A stretch of 64,000 nt of DNA from Aeromicrobium sp. (GTDB lineage Bacteria; Actinomycetota; Actinomycetes; Propionibacteriales; Nocardioidaceae). This document shows positions 53,075 to 63,864 of the stretch, in pieces (within the stretch, counting starts at the first letter, position 1; every line of letters begins with the position of its first letter). The stretch is from the NCBI RefSeq assembly GCF_050700635.1, contig NZ_JBOHDT010000160.1, positions 1,738 to 65,737 of the forward strand, written 5' to 3'. The notes under the pieces were generated by a model, which made no database searches, was not told where the DNA came from, and was given only the letters and a program-made list of their open reading frames with translations. The position numbers were made by a program, and so were the translations under genes.

Positions 53075-54328
53075 ATGACCATCGCAGAGCCGGCCACCTA
53101 CGACGTGACCAGGATCCGGGAGGACTTCCCGATCCTGGCGCGTCGGATGTCCGGCGACCTGCCGCTGGTCTACCTCGACAGCGCCAACACGTCGCAGAAG
53201 CCGTCGGCCGTCATCGACGCGCTCGATGAGCACTACCGGCAGCACAACGCCAACGTTGCGCGCGCCATGCACCAGCTGGGCGCCGAGGCCACCGGGGCGT
53301 TCGAGGACGGACGCACCAAGGTCGCTGGCTTCATCGGTGCGAACCGCCGTGAGGAGGTCGTGTTCACCAAGAACGCGTCCGAGGCACTCAACCTCGTTGC
53401 TCGCGTGCTCGGAGACGCCGGACGAGTCGGCGAAGGCACCGACGTCGTCATCACCGAGATGGAGCACCACTCCAACATCGTGCCGTGGCAGCTCCTCACC
53501 GAGCGCACCGGCGCGACGCTCCGCTGGTTCGGCATCACCGACGAAGGTCGCCTCGACCTCGACCAGCTCGACGAGCTCATCACGGAACGCACCGCGGTCG
53601 TCTCACTCACGTGGGTCTCGAACATGCTCGGCACCATCAACCCGCTCGAGCCCGTCATCCGTCGCGCCCACGAGGCGGGCGCCCTCGTCGTGGTCGACGC
53701 GTCGCAAGCCGTTCCGCAGCTGCCGGTCGACGTGTCCGCGCTTGGTGCCGACCTCGTCGCCTTCACCGGTCACAAGATGGTCGGACCCACGGGCATCGGC
53801 GTCCTGTGGGGCCGTCACGACCTGCTCGCCGAGCTTCCGCCGTTCCTCGGCGGTGGCGAGATGATCGAGACCGTCACGATGGAGCGCTCCACGTTCGCGC
53901 CGCCGCCGTCACGGTTCGAGGCCGGCACCCCGCCGATCGCCCAGGCCGTCGGCCTCGGCGCGGCCACCGACTACCTCGGCGCGATCGGCATGGAGAACGT
54001 GGCCGCCCACGAACATGCGATCACCGCGTACGCGCTCGGCCACATGCAGGAGATCGACGGACTCACGGTCATCGGCCCGAAGGAGGCCGTCGACCGCGGG
54101 GGAGCGGTCAGCTTCACGCTCGAAGGTGTGCACCCGCACGACGTCGCCCAGCTGCTCGACTCTCGGGGGGTCGCTGTGCGAGCGGGGCACCATTGCGCGA
54201 AACCGGCACACCAGCGGTTCGGCGTGCAGTCCACCACGCGGGCGTCGTTCTACCTGTACACGACGACATCGGACATAGATGCGCTCGTCGATGCGTTGCA
54301 TCACACGAAGACCTATTTCGGAGCCTGA
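53075..54328 (+). CDS. sufS: Cysteine desulfurase SufS (class V aminotransferase)
   Basis: 417 aa. It has a PLP-Lys region ...AFTGHKMVGPTGIGVLWG... and a catalytic Cys loop ...RAGHHCAKP... Confidence 0.93.
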   Translation: MTIAEPATYDVTRIREDFPILARRMSGDLPLVYLDSANTSQKPSAVIDALDEHYRQHNANVARAMHQLGAEATGAFEDGRTKVAGFIGANRREEVVFTKNASEALNLVARVLGDAGRVGEGTDVVITEMEHHSNIVPWQLLTERTGATLRWFGITDEGRLDLDQLDELITERTAVVSLTWVSNMLGTINPLEPVIRRAHEAGALVVVDASQAVPQLPVDVSALGADLVAFTGHKMVGPTGIGVLWGRHDLLAELPPFLGGGEMIETVTMERSTFAPPPSRFEAGTPPIAQAVGLGAATDYLGAIGMENVAAHEHAITAYALGHMQEIDGLTVIGPKEAVDRGGAVSFTLEGVHPHDVAQLLDSRGVAVRAGHHCAKPAHQRFGVQSTTRASFYLYTTTSDIDALVDALHHTKTYFGA

Positions 54329-54354
54329 GGACTGAGCTGATGGGAGGGGGCAAC

Positions 54355-54825
54355 ATGGACGTCGACTCGCTGTACCAGGAGATCATCCTGGACCACTACA
54401 CGAACCCGCACGGACGCGGACTCCGCGAGCCGTACGAGGCCGAGGTACACCACGTGAACCCGACCTGCGGCGACGAGATCACGCTGCGCGTGCACCTCGA
54501 CGGCGACCACGTCGCCGACGTCTCCTACGCAGCCGAGGGCTGCTCGATCAGCCAGGCGTCCGCCTCGGTCCTCAACGACCTCGTCATCGGCCGGAGCGTG
54601 CCCGAGGCGATGGGCCTGCTCGACGACTTCACCGAACTCATGCAGGGCCGGGGCCAGGTGGAGCCCGACGAGGATCGCCTCGAGGACGGCGTCGCCTTCG
54701 CCGGCGTCGCGAAGTTCCCGGCCCGCGTCAAGTGTGCCCTGCTGTCGTGGATGGCCTGGAAGGACGCCACCGCACAAGCCCTCAGCTCCGAACCCTCCAC
54801 CGCCGACCAAGGGGAGAACCGATGA
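54355..54825 (+). CDS. sufU: SUF-system zinc-dependent sulfurtransferase/scaffold SufU (NifU-like N-terminal domain)
   Basis: MDVDSLYQEIILDHYTNPHGRG...NPTCGDEITL...AEGCSISQASASV...RVKCALLSW. The ATG at 54355 follows GGGAGGGGG. An alternative ATG is at 54340. Confidence 0.9.
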   Translation: MDVDSLYQEIILDHYTNPHGRGLREPYEAEVHHVNPTCGDEITLRVHLDGDHVADVSYAAEGCSISQASASVLNDLVIGRSVPEAMGLLDDFTELMQGRGQVEPDEDRLEDGVAFAGVAKFPARVKCALLSWMAWKDATAQALSSEPSTADQGENR

Positions 54826-55199
54826 CCACCGACCACAGCGACCTGCCCGACGTCGACCTCGAGGCTGCCGCCTCGCCGGCCGGCTCGGCGACCACCGAGG
54901 AAGACGTCTTCGAGGCGATGAAGGACGTCGTCGATCCCGAACTGGGCATCAACGTCGTCGACCTCGGCCTCGTCTACGGCGTCGACGTCGACGAGCACAG
55001 CAACACGGTGCTGTCCATGACGCTCACGTCCGCGGCCTGCCCGCTCACCGACGTGATCGAGGACCAGACCCGCGCCGCGCTCGACGGCATCGTCAACGAC
55101 TTCCGCATCGAGTGGGTCTGGATGCCACCGTGGGGCCCGGACAAGATCACCGACGACGGCCGCGAGATGCTCCGCGCCCTCGGCTTCAATGTCGGCTGA
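54822..55199 (+). CDS. sufT: Metal-sulfur cluster assembly factor SufT (DUF59/MIP18 family)
   Basis: ...VFEAMKDVVDPELGINVVDLGLVYGVDV...LTSAACPLTD... Its start overlaps the sufU stop (ATGA). Confidence 0.88.
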   Translation: MTTDHSDLPDVDLEAAASPAGSATTEEDVFEAMKDVVDPELGINVVDLGLVYGVDVDEHSNTVLSMTLTSAACPLTDVIEDQTRAALDGIVNDFRIEWVWMPPWGPDKITDDGREMLRALGFNVG

Positions 55200-55202
55200 C
55201 AC

Positions 55203-55502
55203 TCACACGCAGACCAGGCTGATATCGAACGGCTCGTCCTCCACCAACGCCTCGGCTGCACGTACGGCCTTCTTCATGGGCAGCACGTAGGCGCGCTGCT
55301 CCGCCGACGGGAACAACGAGGTGCGCCATGTCGTGGCTCCCACGGTGACCTCGACCTTGATCGATCCGAAACCACCAGCGGACGCCCCGTGGCGATCCTC
55401 GATGTCGTCGCTCACGTCGTCGGGCAGGGTGACGAACCACCACGAGCTCTCGTCCTTCCAGAGCCACAACGACGCCGTGAAGCGGTACCTCGCCGAAGTC
55501 AT
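55203..55502 (-). CDS. DUF1905 domain protein
   Basis: ...YRFTASLWLWKDESSWWFVTLPDDVSDDI...GSIKVEVTVGATTWRTSLFP... The ATG at 55502 lies 8 nt after TAGCGT (complement of 55510-55515). The track GTG start is at 55511. Confidence 0.8.
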   Translation of the reverse strand: MTSARYRFTASLWLWKDESSWWFVTLPDDVSDDIEDRHGASAGGFGSIKVEVTVGATTWRTSLFPSAEQRAYVLPMKKAVRAAEALVEDEPFDISLVCV

Positions 55503-55564
55503 GGGCGCCACGCTACGACTCGGCGGTGACAGCCTCGCGATTCGGACATCCCGCCTGCCGTCCG

Positions 55565-55570
55565 TAGACT
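55565..55570 (+). promoter_or_regulatory. -10-like TAGACT, 8 nt upstream of a short uORF ATG
   Basis: Read directly from the sequence, in the DUF1905 / ABC-F divergent intergenic region. Confidence 0.35.
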
Positions 55571-55577
55571 GGCTGCC

Positions 55578-55601
55578 ATGAGGTTTCCGCTGCTGATGTA
55601 G
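55578..55601 (+). CDS. Candidate leaderless 7-codon leader peptide (MRFPLLM) upstream of the ABC-F gene
   Basis: ATG AGG TTT CCG CTG CTG ATG TAG. There is no Shine-Dalgarno sequence and the -10-like hexamer is at the right distance. It ends 45 nt before the ABC-F start. Too short for coding statistics. Confidence 0.3.
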   Translation: MRFPLLM

Positions 55602-55646
55602 GTCCGGGCCGTCATGCCCGTTCGCCCTCTACCCCGGAAAGTCCTC

Positions 55647-57245
<1,599 letters not shown>

Positions 57246-57302
57246 AGGACGTTTGAAGGAGTAGGTTCCGACCCACGGGGACTACGGACTCCTGGAGGAA
57301 CG

Positions 57303-58670
57303 ATGGAACGCATTGCTGTGGAGGGATTCAAAGGCGCTCTGCTCGGCGAGGGCGACGACGGATACGACGACGCACGCACGATCTTCAACTCCATGATCGA
57401 CCGGCGGCCCGGCCTCATTGCTCAGTGCGGGTCCGTCGCCGACGTCCAGGCCGCACTCGCCCACGCGCAGGCCAACGGACTGGAGGTCGCGATCCGCTCA
57501 GGTGGCCACAGCGTCGCCGGCGCGAGCAGCATCGACGGCGGGATCGTCATCGACATGCGGCGTATGAACGCTGTCGAGGTCGATCCCGAGGCGAAGACGG
57601 CCACGGTCGCCGGCGGTGCGACCTGGCGCGACTTCGACCGGGCCACGCAGGCACACGGGCTGGCCACCACCGGTGGCCGCGTCTCGTCGACCGGTGTCGC
57701 CGGCCTGACGCTGGGTGGAGGTTCCGGATGGCTCGAGCGAGAGTGGGGGTTCGCGTGCGACAACCTGCTCGAGGTCGAGATCGTCGCCGCCGACGGCCGC
57801 GTCGTGACGGCGAATGAGGACGAGAACAGCGAGCTGTTCTGGGCGCTGCACGGCGGGAGTGGCAACTTCGGCATCGCGACCCGTCTCGTGTTCAGGCTCC
57901 ACAATCTGCCCGCTTCGACGTTCGCCTTGCTCGCGTGGCCGTCCGAGGTCGGCCCCGAGCTGGCGCGCACGTATCGCGACTTGATCGAGGCCGGCGCGCC
58001 GACACAGCTCGGCGGCGGTGTCGCGTACTTGACCGGACCGCCGGAGCCGTTCGTCCCGGAGCACCTCCACAACGAGCGCGTGATCGGCCTAATCGGCGTG
58101 TTCGCAGGGACCGAGGCCGAGATGCGTGACGTGCTCGCGCCGATCTACGCGCTGGAGCCGCAGGGCGGGCTGACGGCCGAGATGCCGTACGCCGAGATCC
58201 AGTGCGCCATCGACGATCCGCCGGGTTTCCGCAACTACTGGTCGGCCTCGCACCTCGTGAGCCTGCCCGACGAGGCGCTCGAGCTCTACTGCCGCCAGGG
58301 AGAGGAGATGATCGTGCCCTCGCCGTCCCAGCACCTGCTGATCCCGTGGGGCGGCGCCGTGGCCGACCAGGCCACGGACTGGCCGATGACACATCGCGGC
58401 GCGACCTGGGTCACGCACCCGTTCGGGCTCTGGGAGGCACCGGGCGACGACGAGCGTGGAATCGCCTGGACCCGGCGTTCCGTCGCGGAGCTGAAGCCGT
58501 ACGACGTCGGCTCGGCCTACCTCAACTTCGTCGCGGATGCGGGTGAGGACCAGGTGCGCGCCAGCTACGGGGAGGAGAACTACGCACGGCTCTCGGCGGT
58601 GAAGTCCGAGTTCGACCCGGACAACGTCTTCCACCTTCATCACGCGATCAGGCCGCTGGCTTCGGCCTAG
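57303..58670 (+). CDS. FAD-binding oxidoreductase (PCMH/VAO fold with a C-terminal BBE-like domain)
   Basis: ...VAIRSGGHSVAGASSIDGGIVIDM... and a C-terminal ...YARLSAVKSEFDPDNVFHLHHAIRP. 455 aa. GGAGGAA Shine-Dalgarno sequence upstream. Confidence 0.85.
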   Translation: MERIAVEGFKGALLGEGDDGYDDARTIFNSMIDRRPGLIAQCGSVADVQAALAHAQANGLEVAIRSGGHSVAGASSIDGGIVIDMRRMNAVEVDPEAKTATVAGGATWRDFDRATQAHGLATTGGRVSSTGVAGLTLGGGSGWLEREWGFACDNLLEVEIVAADGRVVTANEDENSELFWALHGGSGNFGIATRLVFRLHNLPASTFALLAWPSEVGPELARTYRDLIEAGAPTQLGGGVAYLTGPPEPFVPEHLHNERVIGLIGVFAGTEAEMRDVLAPIYALEPQGGLTAEMPYAEIQCAIDDPPGFRNYWSASHLVSLPDEALELYCRQGEEMIVPSPSQHLLIPWGGAVADQATDWPMTHRGATWVTHPFGLWEAPGDDERGIAWTRRSVAELKPYDVGSAYLNFVADAGEDQVRASYGEENYARLSAVKSEFDPDNVFHLHHAIRPLASA

Positions 58671-59421
58671 CCCCGCGCTCCTTCATCTCGTCCCTCGCGA
58701 ACCAGAAGTATCCGATCACCGCGAGGAGGCCGAAGAACCACCACTGCAGCGCGTAGAAGAAGTGCGGACCCTGACCGAGCTCGGGCTTCGGCTCGAGGTC
58801 GAGCGACGTCGCGGCGGCCGGCTCCTGGCTGCGCAGGTTCAGGTAGCCGCCGACGAGCTCGTTCGGCACCACAGATTCCATGCCCTTGCTGGACACCGCG
58901 CGCACCTGCCCGTCGACCGGCCGCACCGCCTGCTCGTCCGCGCCGCTGTCCGATCTCAGCCATCCCATCACGGTGACCTCGCCGGACGGCGGAGGAGGAA
59001 TGTTCGTCGGCCTGGCCGTCGTGTTCTTGGTCTGCAGCCATCCACGGTTGACGAGGACGGCCGAGCCGTCCGGCATCAGCAGCGGCGTCACCACGTCCAC
59101 GCCAGGTGCTCCGTCACGCGTCGTGAACTTCACCGTGACCTCGTTCGCGGTGTCATAGCTCCCGGTGGCGCGAACGCGCGTCCACTCGGTGGTCTCGTCC
59201 ACATTGTGACCCGGTGCGAGCACGGTCAAGAGGGGTACCGGATCGGCGGACAGATGCCGTTTGACGACCTGGTTGTTGTCGAGCCTGTGCTCCAGACGTT
59301 CGAGCTGCCAGAAGCCCAGTCGGGTGCAGGTTCCCGCCAGGACGACGACGAAGAGCGCGAAAACGATCCAGCGTCGGCTCAGCAGGAAGCTCAGCTGGAA
59401 GCGCTGCTGGTCACTGGGCAC
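58648..59421 (-). CDS. SURF1-family cytochrome oxidase assembly protein
   Basis: ...FLLSRRWIVFALFVVVLAGTCTRLGFWQLERLEHR...GPHFFYALQWWFFGLLAVIGYFWF... The GTG at 59421 is chosen. An in-frame ATG at 59493 is an alternative. The rest of the track ORF (to 59991) is non-coding-like. Confidence 0.8.
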   Translation of the reverse strand: MPSDQQRFQLSFLLSRRWIVFALFVVVLAGTCTRLGFWQLERLEHRLDNNQVVKRHLSADPVPLLTVLAPGHNVDETTEWTRVRATGSYDTANEVTVKFTTRDGAPGVDVVTPLLMPDGSAVLVNRGWLQTKNTTARPTNIPPPPSGEVTVMGWLRSDSGADEQAVRPVDGQVRAVSSKGMESVVPNELVGGYLNLRSQEPAAATSLDLEPKPELGQGPHFFYALQWWFFGLLAVIGYFWFARDEMKERGARPKPAA

Positions 59422-59479
59422 TACACGACGGTAGTTCGCCCAGCGAACCCGTAGGTCACCAGGGGTGGAACGCACCGCA

Positions 59480-59485
59480 TAGGCT
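59480..59485 (+). promoter_or_regulatory. -10-like TAGGCT, 7 nt upstream of the moaA ATG (leaderless candidate)
   Basis: TAGGCTGGGGGCATG. The identical 15-mer precedes the DUF3099 gene on the other strand (61017-61031). Confidence 0.4.
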
Positions 59486-59491
59486 GGGGGC

Positions 59492-60478
59492 ATGGATCTG
59501 GTCGACAAGCACGGGCGCGTAGCCACCGATCTGCGCGTCTCGCTCACCGACCGATGCAACCTGCGCTGCCAGTACTGCATGCCCGCGGAGGGTCTCGACT
59601 GGATGCCCACTGAGGAGACGCTCACCGACGACGAGCTGATCCGTCTCGTCCGCATCGGGGTGGAGCGGCTCGGCATCCTGGACGTGCGGTTCACCGGCGG
59701 CGAGCCGCTGCTCCGCCGCGGTCTGCCGGCCATCATCGCGGCCACCAAGGCCCTGCATCCCACACCCCGCACGGCCATCACGTCCAACGGACTCGGTCTC
59801 AAGCGCACCGCACAAGCGCTTGCCGACGCCGGTCTCGACCGCGTCAACATCAGTCTCGACACCACCGACCCGGAGACGTTCGAGCGCATCACGCGTCGCG
59901 ACCGCCTGAATGACGTGATCGAGGGCCTCGAGGCCGCATCCGCCGCTGGCCTCGACCCGGTCAAGGTCAACGCAGTGCTGCTGCGCGGCATGAACGACCA
60001 AGGAGCACCCGACCTCCTCCGCTGGTGTATGAAGCACGCCTATGAGCTGCGGTTCATCGAGCAGATGCCCCTCGATGCCCAGCACGGCTGGCAGCGCGAC
60101 GAGATGGTCACCGCCGAGGAGACGTTGTCGCGTCTGTCCGAGGAGTTCCGGCTCACGCCGCTCGACGGGCGTGGCTCGGCACCGGCCGAGAAGTTCCTGG
60201 TCGACGACGGGCCGCACACCGTGGGCATCATCGGCTCGGTCACCCGCCCGTTCTGCGGCGACTGCAACCGCGTCCGGCTGACCGCCGACGGCCAGATCCG
60301 CAACTGCCTGTTCGCCCGCGAGGAGTCGGACCTGCGGGCGCCGCTGCGCGACGGAGCGAGCGACGGCGAGCTGGCCGAGCGATGGATGCTCGCGATGGCT
60401 GCGAAGCTGCCGGGTCACGGCATCAACGACCCGTCGTTCCTCCAGCCGACCCGCCCGATGTCTTCCATCGGCGGCTGA
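59492..60478 (+). CDS. moaA: GTP 3',8-cyclase MoaA (radical SAM)
   Basis: MDLVDKHGRVATDLRVSLTDRCNLRCQYCMP... (CxxxCxxC), plus C-terminal Cys residues CGDCNRVRLTADGQIRNC. Confidence 0.95.
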   Translation: MDLVDKHGRVATDLRVSLTDRCNLRCQYCMPAEGLDWMPTEETLTDDELIRLVRIGVERLGILDVRFTGGEPLLRRGLPAIIAATKALHPTPRTAITSNGLGLKRTAQALADAGLDRVNISLDTTDPETFERITRRDRLNDVIEGLEAASAAGLDPVKVNAVLLRGMNDQGAPDLLRWCMKHAYELRFIEQMPLDAQHGWQRDEMVTAEETLSRLSEEFRLTPLDGRGSAPAEKFLVDDGPHTVGIIGSVTRPFCGDCNRVRLTADGQIRNCLFAREESDLRAPLRDGASDGELAERWMLAMAAKLPGHGINDPSFLQPTRPMSSIGG

Positions 60479-60481
60479 GCG

Positions 60482-60700
60482 CTACTCGACGAGAGGGAGC
60501 GTCTCGCGGTAGAAATCGCGCTTGCCCAAGAACTCGCGCAGGGTCGGCTCATGCTCGTCGCACGCGAGCCACGTCTTGCGGCGGTCCGGCGTGTGGATCT
60601 TCGGGTTGTTCCACTCGATGCGGTGCCGAGCCTCGTTCTGGCAGCCCTTCGAGGAGCAGATCATCGGCTCCGGAGACGGCTCGGGTGCGGGATCAGTCAC
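60482..60700 (-). CDS. Small conserved-looking Cys/His protein of unknown function (possible zinc ribbon)
   Basis: 72 aa. [36 protein letters not shown]...WLACDEHEP... High GC3. Its start overlaps the DUF3099 gene stop by 8 bp. Confidence 0.6.
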   Translation of the reverse strand: MTDPAPEPSPEPMICSSKGCQNEARHRIEWNNPKIHTPDRRKTWLACDEHEPTLREFLGKRDFYRETLPLVE

Positions 60701-61019
60701 TGTGCGGACCGGGCTCGAGCTTGCCGTATGGCTCGGCCTTGATGATGTTGGTGCCGCTGCCCTTGCGGCGTACTCCGGCGTTGGCGAAGATCACCGAGGT
60801 GTACGGCAGCACCAGGGCGGCGGCGATGAGGACCCACGGCAGCCACCCGCCGACCGTCGACCACGCCACCACGGCCCCGATGAAGCACAGCGTCCGGATG
60901 CCCATGGAGACTCCGTAGCGAATCTCTCGGGAGACGATGTCGTCGGTATGGCCGGACTTGGCGGACGTGATGGAGTACACCTGTTCGCCCTTGGGCTCCT
61001 TGCCGGAGTCTCTCGCCAT
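60693..61019 (-). CDS. DUF3099 membrane protein
   Basis: ...[52 protein letters not shown]... has two TM segments. TAGGCT (complement of 61026-61031) lies 7 nt before the ATG. Confidence 0.8.
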   Translation of the reverse strand: MARDSGKEPKGEQVYSITSAKSGHTDDIVSREIRYGVSMGIRTLCFIGAVVAWSTVGGWLPWVLIAAALVLPYTSVIFANAGVRRKGSGTNIIKAEPYGKLEPGPHSD

Positions 61020-61062
61020 GCCCCCAGCCTACGCTTCCGATCGAGGGCGGCATGATGGTCGC

Positions 61063-61278
61063 ATGAGCAATCGCACCTATCGCATCAGCGAGGTCGTCGG
61101 CACGTCCCCCGACGGCATCACCGAAGCCGTTCAGAACGGCATCGCCCGCGCCGGGACGACCCTGAGACACCTCGACTGGTTCGAGGTCACCGGCATCCGC
61201 GGCCAGATCGTCGACACCGACGTGTCGCACTACCAGGTCACGATGAAGCTCGGCTTCCGCCTCGAGGACGACGAGTAA
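61063..61278 (+). CDS. Dodecin-family flavin-binding protein
   Basis: The ATG at 61063 gives [71 protein letters not shown], 71 aa. Confidence 0.85.
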   Translation: MSNRTYRISEVVGTSPDGITEAVQNGIARAGTTLRHLDWFEVTGIRGQIVDTDVSHYQVTMKLGFRLEDDE

Positions 61279-61286
61279 GCCGCACC

Positions 61287-62507
61287 TCACGGCGTACGCG
61301 ACCGGTCGTCCTCATCGGCGGCTTCTACCTCTTCGCGGGTGATGCCGAGCAGATAGACGATTGAGTCGAGGTACGGCATGCTCACGGACGTGCGGGCCTG
61401 GTCGCGAACCACGGGCTTGGCGTTGAAGGCGACGCCCAGGCCCGCTGCGGCGAGCATGTCGAGATCATTCGCCCCGTCGCCGATGGCCACGGTGTTCTTG
61501 ATGGGGATGCGGGCCTCGGCCGCGAACCGTCGAAGGGCCTCGGCCTTGCCGGCGCGGTCGATCACGTCACCGACCAGCCGCCCGGTGAGCCGCCCTTCGA
61601 CGATCTCCAGCTCGTTGGCCGCCACGTAGTCGATGTCGAGCTCCTCGGCGATCGGCTGGATGATCGGCAAGAATCCGCCGCTGACCAGGGCGAACCGGTA
61701 GCCCAGCCGTCTCAGCGTCCGCACCATAGTGCGCGCACCGGGCGTGTACTCCAGCGAAGCACGAACGTCGTCGAGCGCCGAGGCCTCGATCCCCTCCAGC
61801 AGGGCCACCCGTGCGCGCAGCGACGCCTCGAAGTCGAGCTCGCCGTTCATCGCCTCCTCGGTGACCCTGGCGACCTCGGCACCGAAGCCGGCACGCTCCG
61901 CCAGCATCTCGATGACCTCGCCCTGGATGAGCGTGGAGTCGACGTCCATGACGACGAGCCGCTGCGCGTGGCGCAGGATGCCGCGCTCCTCGACCGCGAT
62001 GTCGACGCCGTGCTTGTAGGCGGCCTCGGCCAGATCGGCCTGCAGGATGTCGGGATCAGCACCGGAGACCTCGAGACGCAGCGCCGTGACCGGGTAGCGG
62101 GCGAGCCGCAGGATGCGGTCGATGTTGCCACCGGCGTCAGTGATGCGCTGCGTGATGGCTGCCATGGCTGCCGGGCGAAGGGGATGACCGAGCAGCGTCA
62201 CCTGACCGCGGCCGACCCGACGTGGTCGGTTGTCACCTATGCCCTGTTCGAGCTCGACTTCGAGCCCGAACTGATCGCCTACGGACCGCATGGTCTGTTC
62301 GAACGTCGTGAGGTCGTTCGGAACCGTGACCAAGGCACTGAGCACCAGGCGTCCACGGACGATGAGCTGCTCGACGTCGATGACCTCGATGTCGAAGCCT
62401 GAGAGCCGCTCGAACAGTCGCGTCGAGACGCCACTCTGGTCGGCGCCGGTGAGCGTGACGAGGACGGTCGGATCAGTGAGATGTGCGGCAGGCACGTGCT
62501 CGTTCAT
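61287..62507 (-). CDS. serB: Phosphoserine phosphatase SerB with N-terminal ACT domains
   Basis: The ATG at 62507 gives MNEHVPAAHLTDPTVLVTLTGADQSGVSTRLF... HAD motifs VMDVDSTLIQGEVIE and IGDGANDLDML. Confidence 0.9.
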   Translation of the reverse strand: MNEHVPAAHLTDPTVLVTLTGADQSGVSTRLFERLSGFDIEVIDVEQLIVRGRLVLSALVTVPNDLTTFEQTMRSVGDQFGLEVELEQGIGDNRPRRVGRGQVTLLGHPLRPAAMAAITQRITDAGGNIDRILRLARYPVTALRLEVSGADPDILQADLAEAAYKHGVDIAVEERGILRHAQRLVVMDVDSTLIQGEVIEMLAERAGFGAEVARVTEEAMNGELDFEASLRARVALLEGIEASALDDVRASLEYTPGARTMVRTLRRLGYRFALVSGGFLPIIQPIAEELDIDYVAANELEIVEGRLTGRLVGDVIDRAGKAEALRRFAAEARIPIKNTVAIGDGANDLDMLAAAGLGVAFNAKPVVRDQARTSVSMPYLDSIVYLLGITREEVEAADEDDRSRTP

Positions 62508-62587
62508 CGCCCCCGAGGCTATCGGTCTGCGCGCGAGCCGCCGCGATAGGTTGGACCGGGAAATTGTCACAAGGTCTGGGAGGGTGC

Positions 62588-63403
62588 ATGTCGTCGGCTT
62601 TCGAGCTCACTCGGGTGAGCGTCGTCCGGCCGGGCAAGATTCTCCTGAACAACATCTCCTGGTCTGTCGAGGCGGGTGAACGCTGGGTCATCCTGGGCCC
62701 CAACGGCGCCGGCAAGACCACGCTCATGCAGGTCGTCGGCGCCACCATGTTCCCGAGCAGCGGTGCCGCCGACGTGCTCGGACGGCGCCTCGGATCGGTC
62801 GACGTCTTCGACCTTCGCACCCGCATCGGCCAGACCAGTACCGCCATCGCCGAGCGGATCCCCCCGCACGAGACGGTTCGCGACGCCGTCATGTCTGCGG
62901 CCTACGCGGTGCTGGGCCGGTGGCGCGAGCAGTACGACGACGAGGACGAGGCGCGGGCCGAGCAGATCATGGGCGAGCTCGGCGTCGCACGACTGGCCGA
63001 CCGCAAGTTCGGCACGCTCTCCGAAGGAGAGCGCAAACGCACTCTGATCGCCCGTGCCCTGATGACCGATCCCGAGCTCCTGCTGCTCGACGAACCGGGC
63101 GCGGGACTCGACCTCGGTGCCCGAGAGGACCTGCTCGCCAGTCTTGAGGTGTTGTCCGAGGCCGACGGATCACCGGTGCTGGTGATGGTCTCGCACCACG
63201 TCGAGGAGATCCCTCGAGGCTTCACCCATGTGCTGATGTTGCGCGACGGTAAGGTTGTCGCCCAAGGCCCGCTGGCCGAGACGCTCACCGCCCAGGCACT
63301 CGGCCGCACGTTCGGCATGCGTCTCGAGCTGAGTGTCGATGGTGGACGCTACGGCGCGCGTCGGGCAGCATACGGACACCGGGCCGATCTGCCCGGCCGC
63401 TAG
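62588..63403 (+). CDS. Stand-alone ABC transporter ATP-binding protein (no adjacent permease)
   Basis: The ATG at 62588 follows GGGAGGG. Walker A GPNGAGKTT, signature LSEGERKR and Walker B LLLLDEP. Confidence 0.85.
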   Translation: MSSAFELTRVSVVRPGKILLNNISWSVEAGERWVILGPNGAGKTTLMQVVGATMFPSSGAADVLGRRLGSVDVFDLRTRIGQTSTAIAERIPPHETVRDAVMSAAYAVLGRWREQYDDEDEARAEQIMGELGVARLADRKFGTLSEGERKRTLIARALMTDPELLLLDEPGAGLDLGAREDLLASLEVLSEADGSPVLVMVSHHVEEIPRGFTHVLMLRDGKVVAQGPLAETLTAQALGRTFGMRLELSVDGGRYGARRAAYGHRADLPGR

Positions 63404-63414
63404 GGAGGTCGCAC

Positions 63415-63864
63415 GTGATCGACTGGTTGTCCGACCACGCCTGGGTCACCTGGCTGGGCATCGCCGTGTTGCTGGCGGTCGTCGAGCTGATGAGCCTCGA
63501 CCTCGTGCTGCTGATGTTCGCGTTGGGCGCTCTCGGGGCCGCCGTCGTCGCCGGATTCGGTGGCCCGCTCTGGCTGGCCATTCTGGTGTTCGTCGTCGTG
63601 TCGCTCGGTCTGCTGTTCCTGGTCCGGCCGCCTCTCGTGCAGCGGCTTCACGCCGGCCCCACGCTCAAGACCGGGCACGAGAACCTGGTCGGTCGCGACG
63701 CGGTCGTGGTCGAGCCCGTCGGCAGGGAGTCCGGCCGGGTCCGGCTCGCCAGTGAGCTCTGGTCGGCGCGCGCAGACGGCGGCGAGACGTTCGACACTGG
63801 CGCCGAGGTCCATGTCATCCGCATCGACGGGGCCACTGCCGTCGTCACACGCAAGGAGTCCTGA
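63415..63864 (+). CDS. NfeD-family membrane protein
   Basis: N-terminal TM helices plus a C-terminal OB-like domain ...GRDAVVVEPVGRESGRVRLASELWSARADG...VHVIRIDGATAVV. Its stop overlaps the following SPFH-gene ATG. Confidence 0.85.
   Translation: MIDWLSDHAWVTWLGIAVLLAVVELMSLDLVLLMFALGALGAAVVAGFGGPLWLAILVFVVVSLGLLFLVRPPLVQRLHAGPTLKTGHENLVGRDAVVVEPVGRESGRVRLASELWSARADGGETFDTGAEVHVIRIDGATAVVTRKES

Noticed and set aside
58648-58670. Convergent 3'-end overlaps as regulatory antisense features: FAD oxidase/SURF1 (23 bp), GNAT/ctaA (13 bp at 42767-42779) and ligC/DinB-like (11 bp at 46775-46785).
   Set aside because: Short convergent overlaps are common in compact actinobacterial genomes. Nothing in the sequence suggests a specific function.
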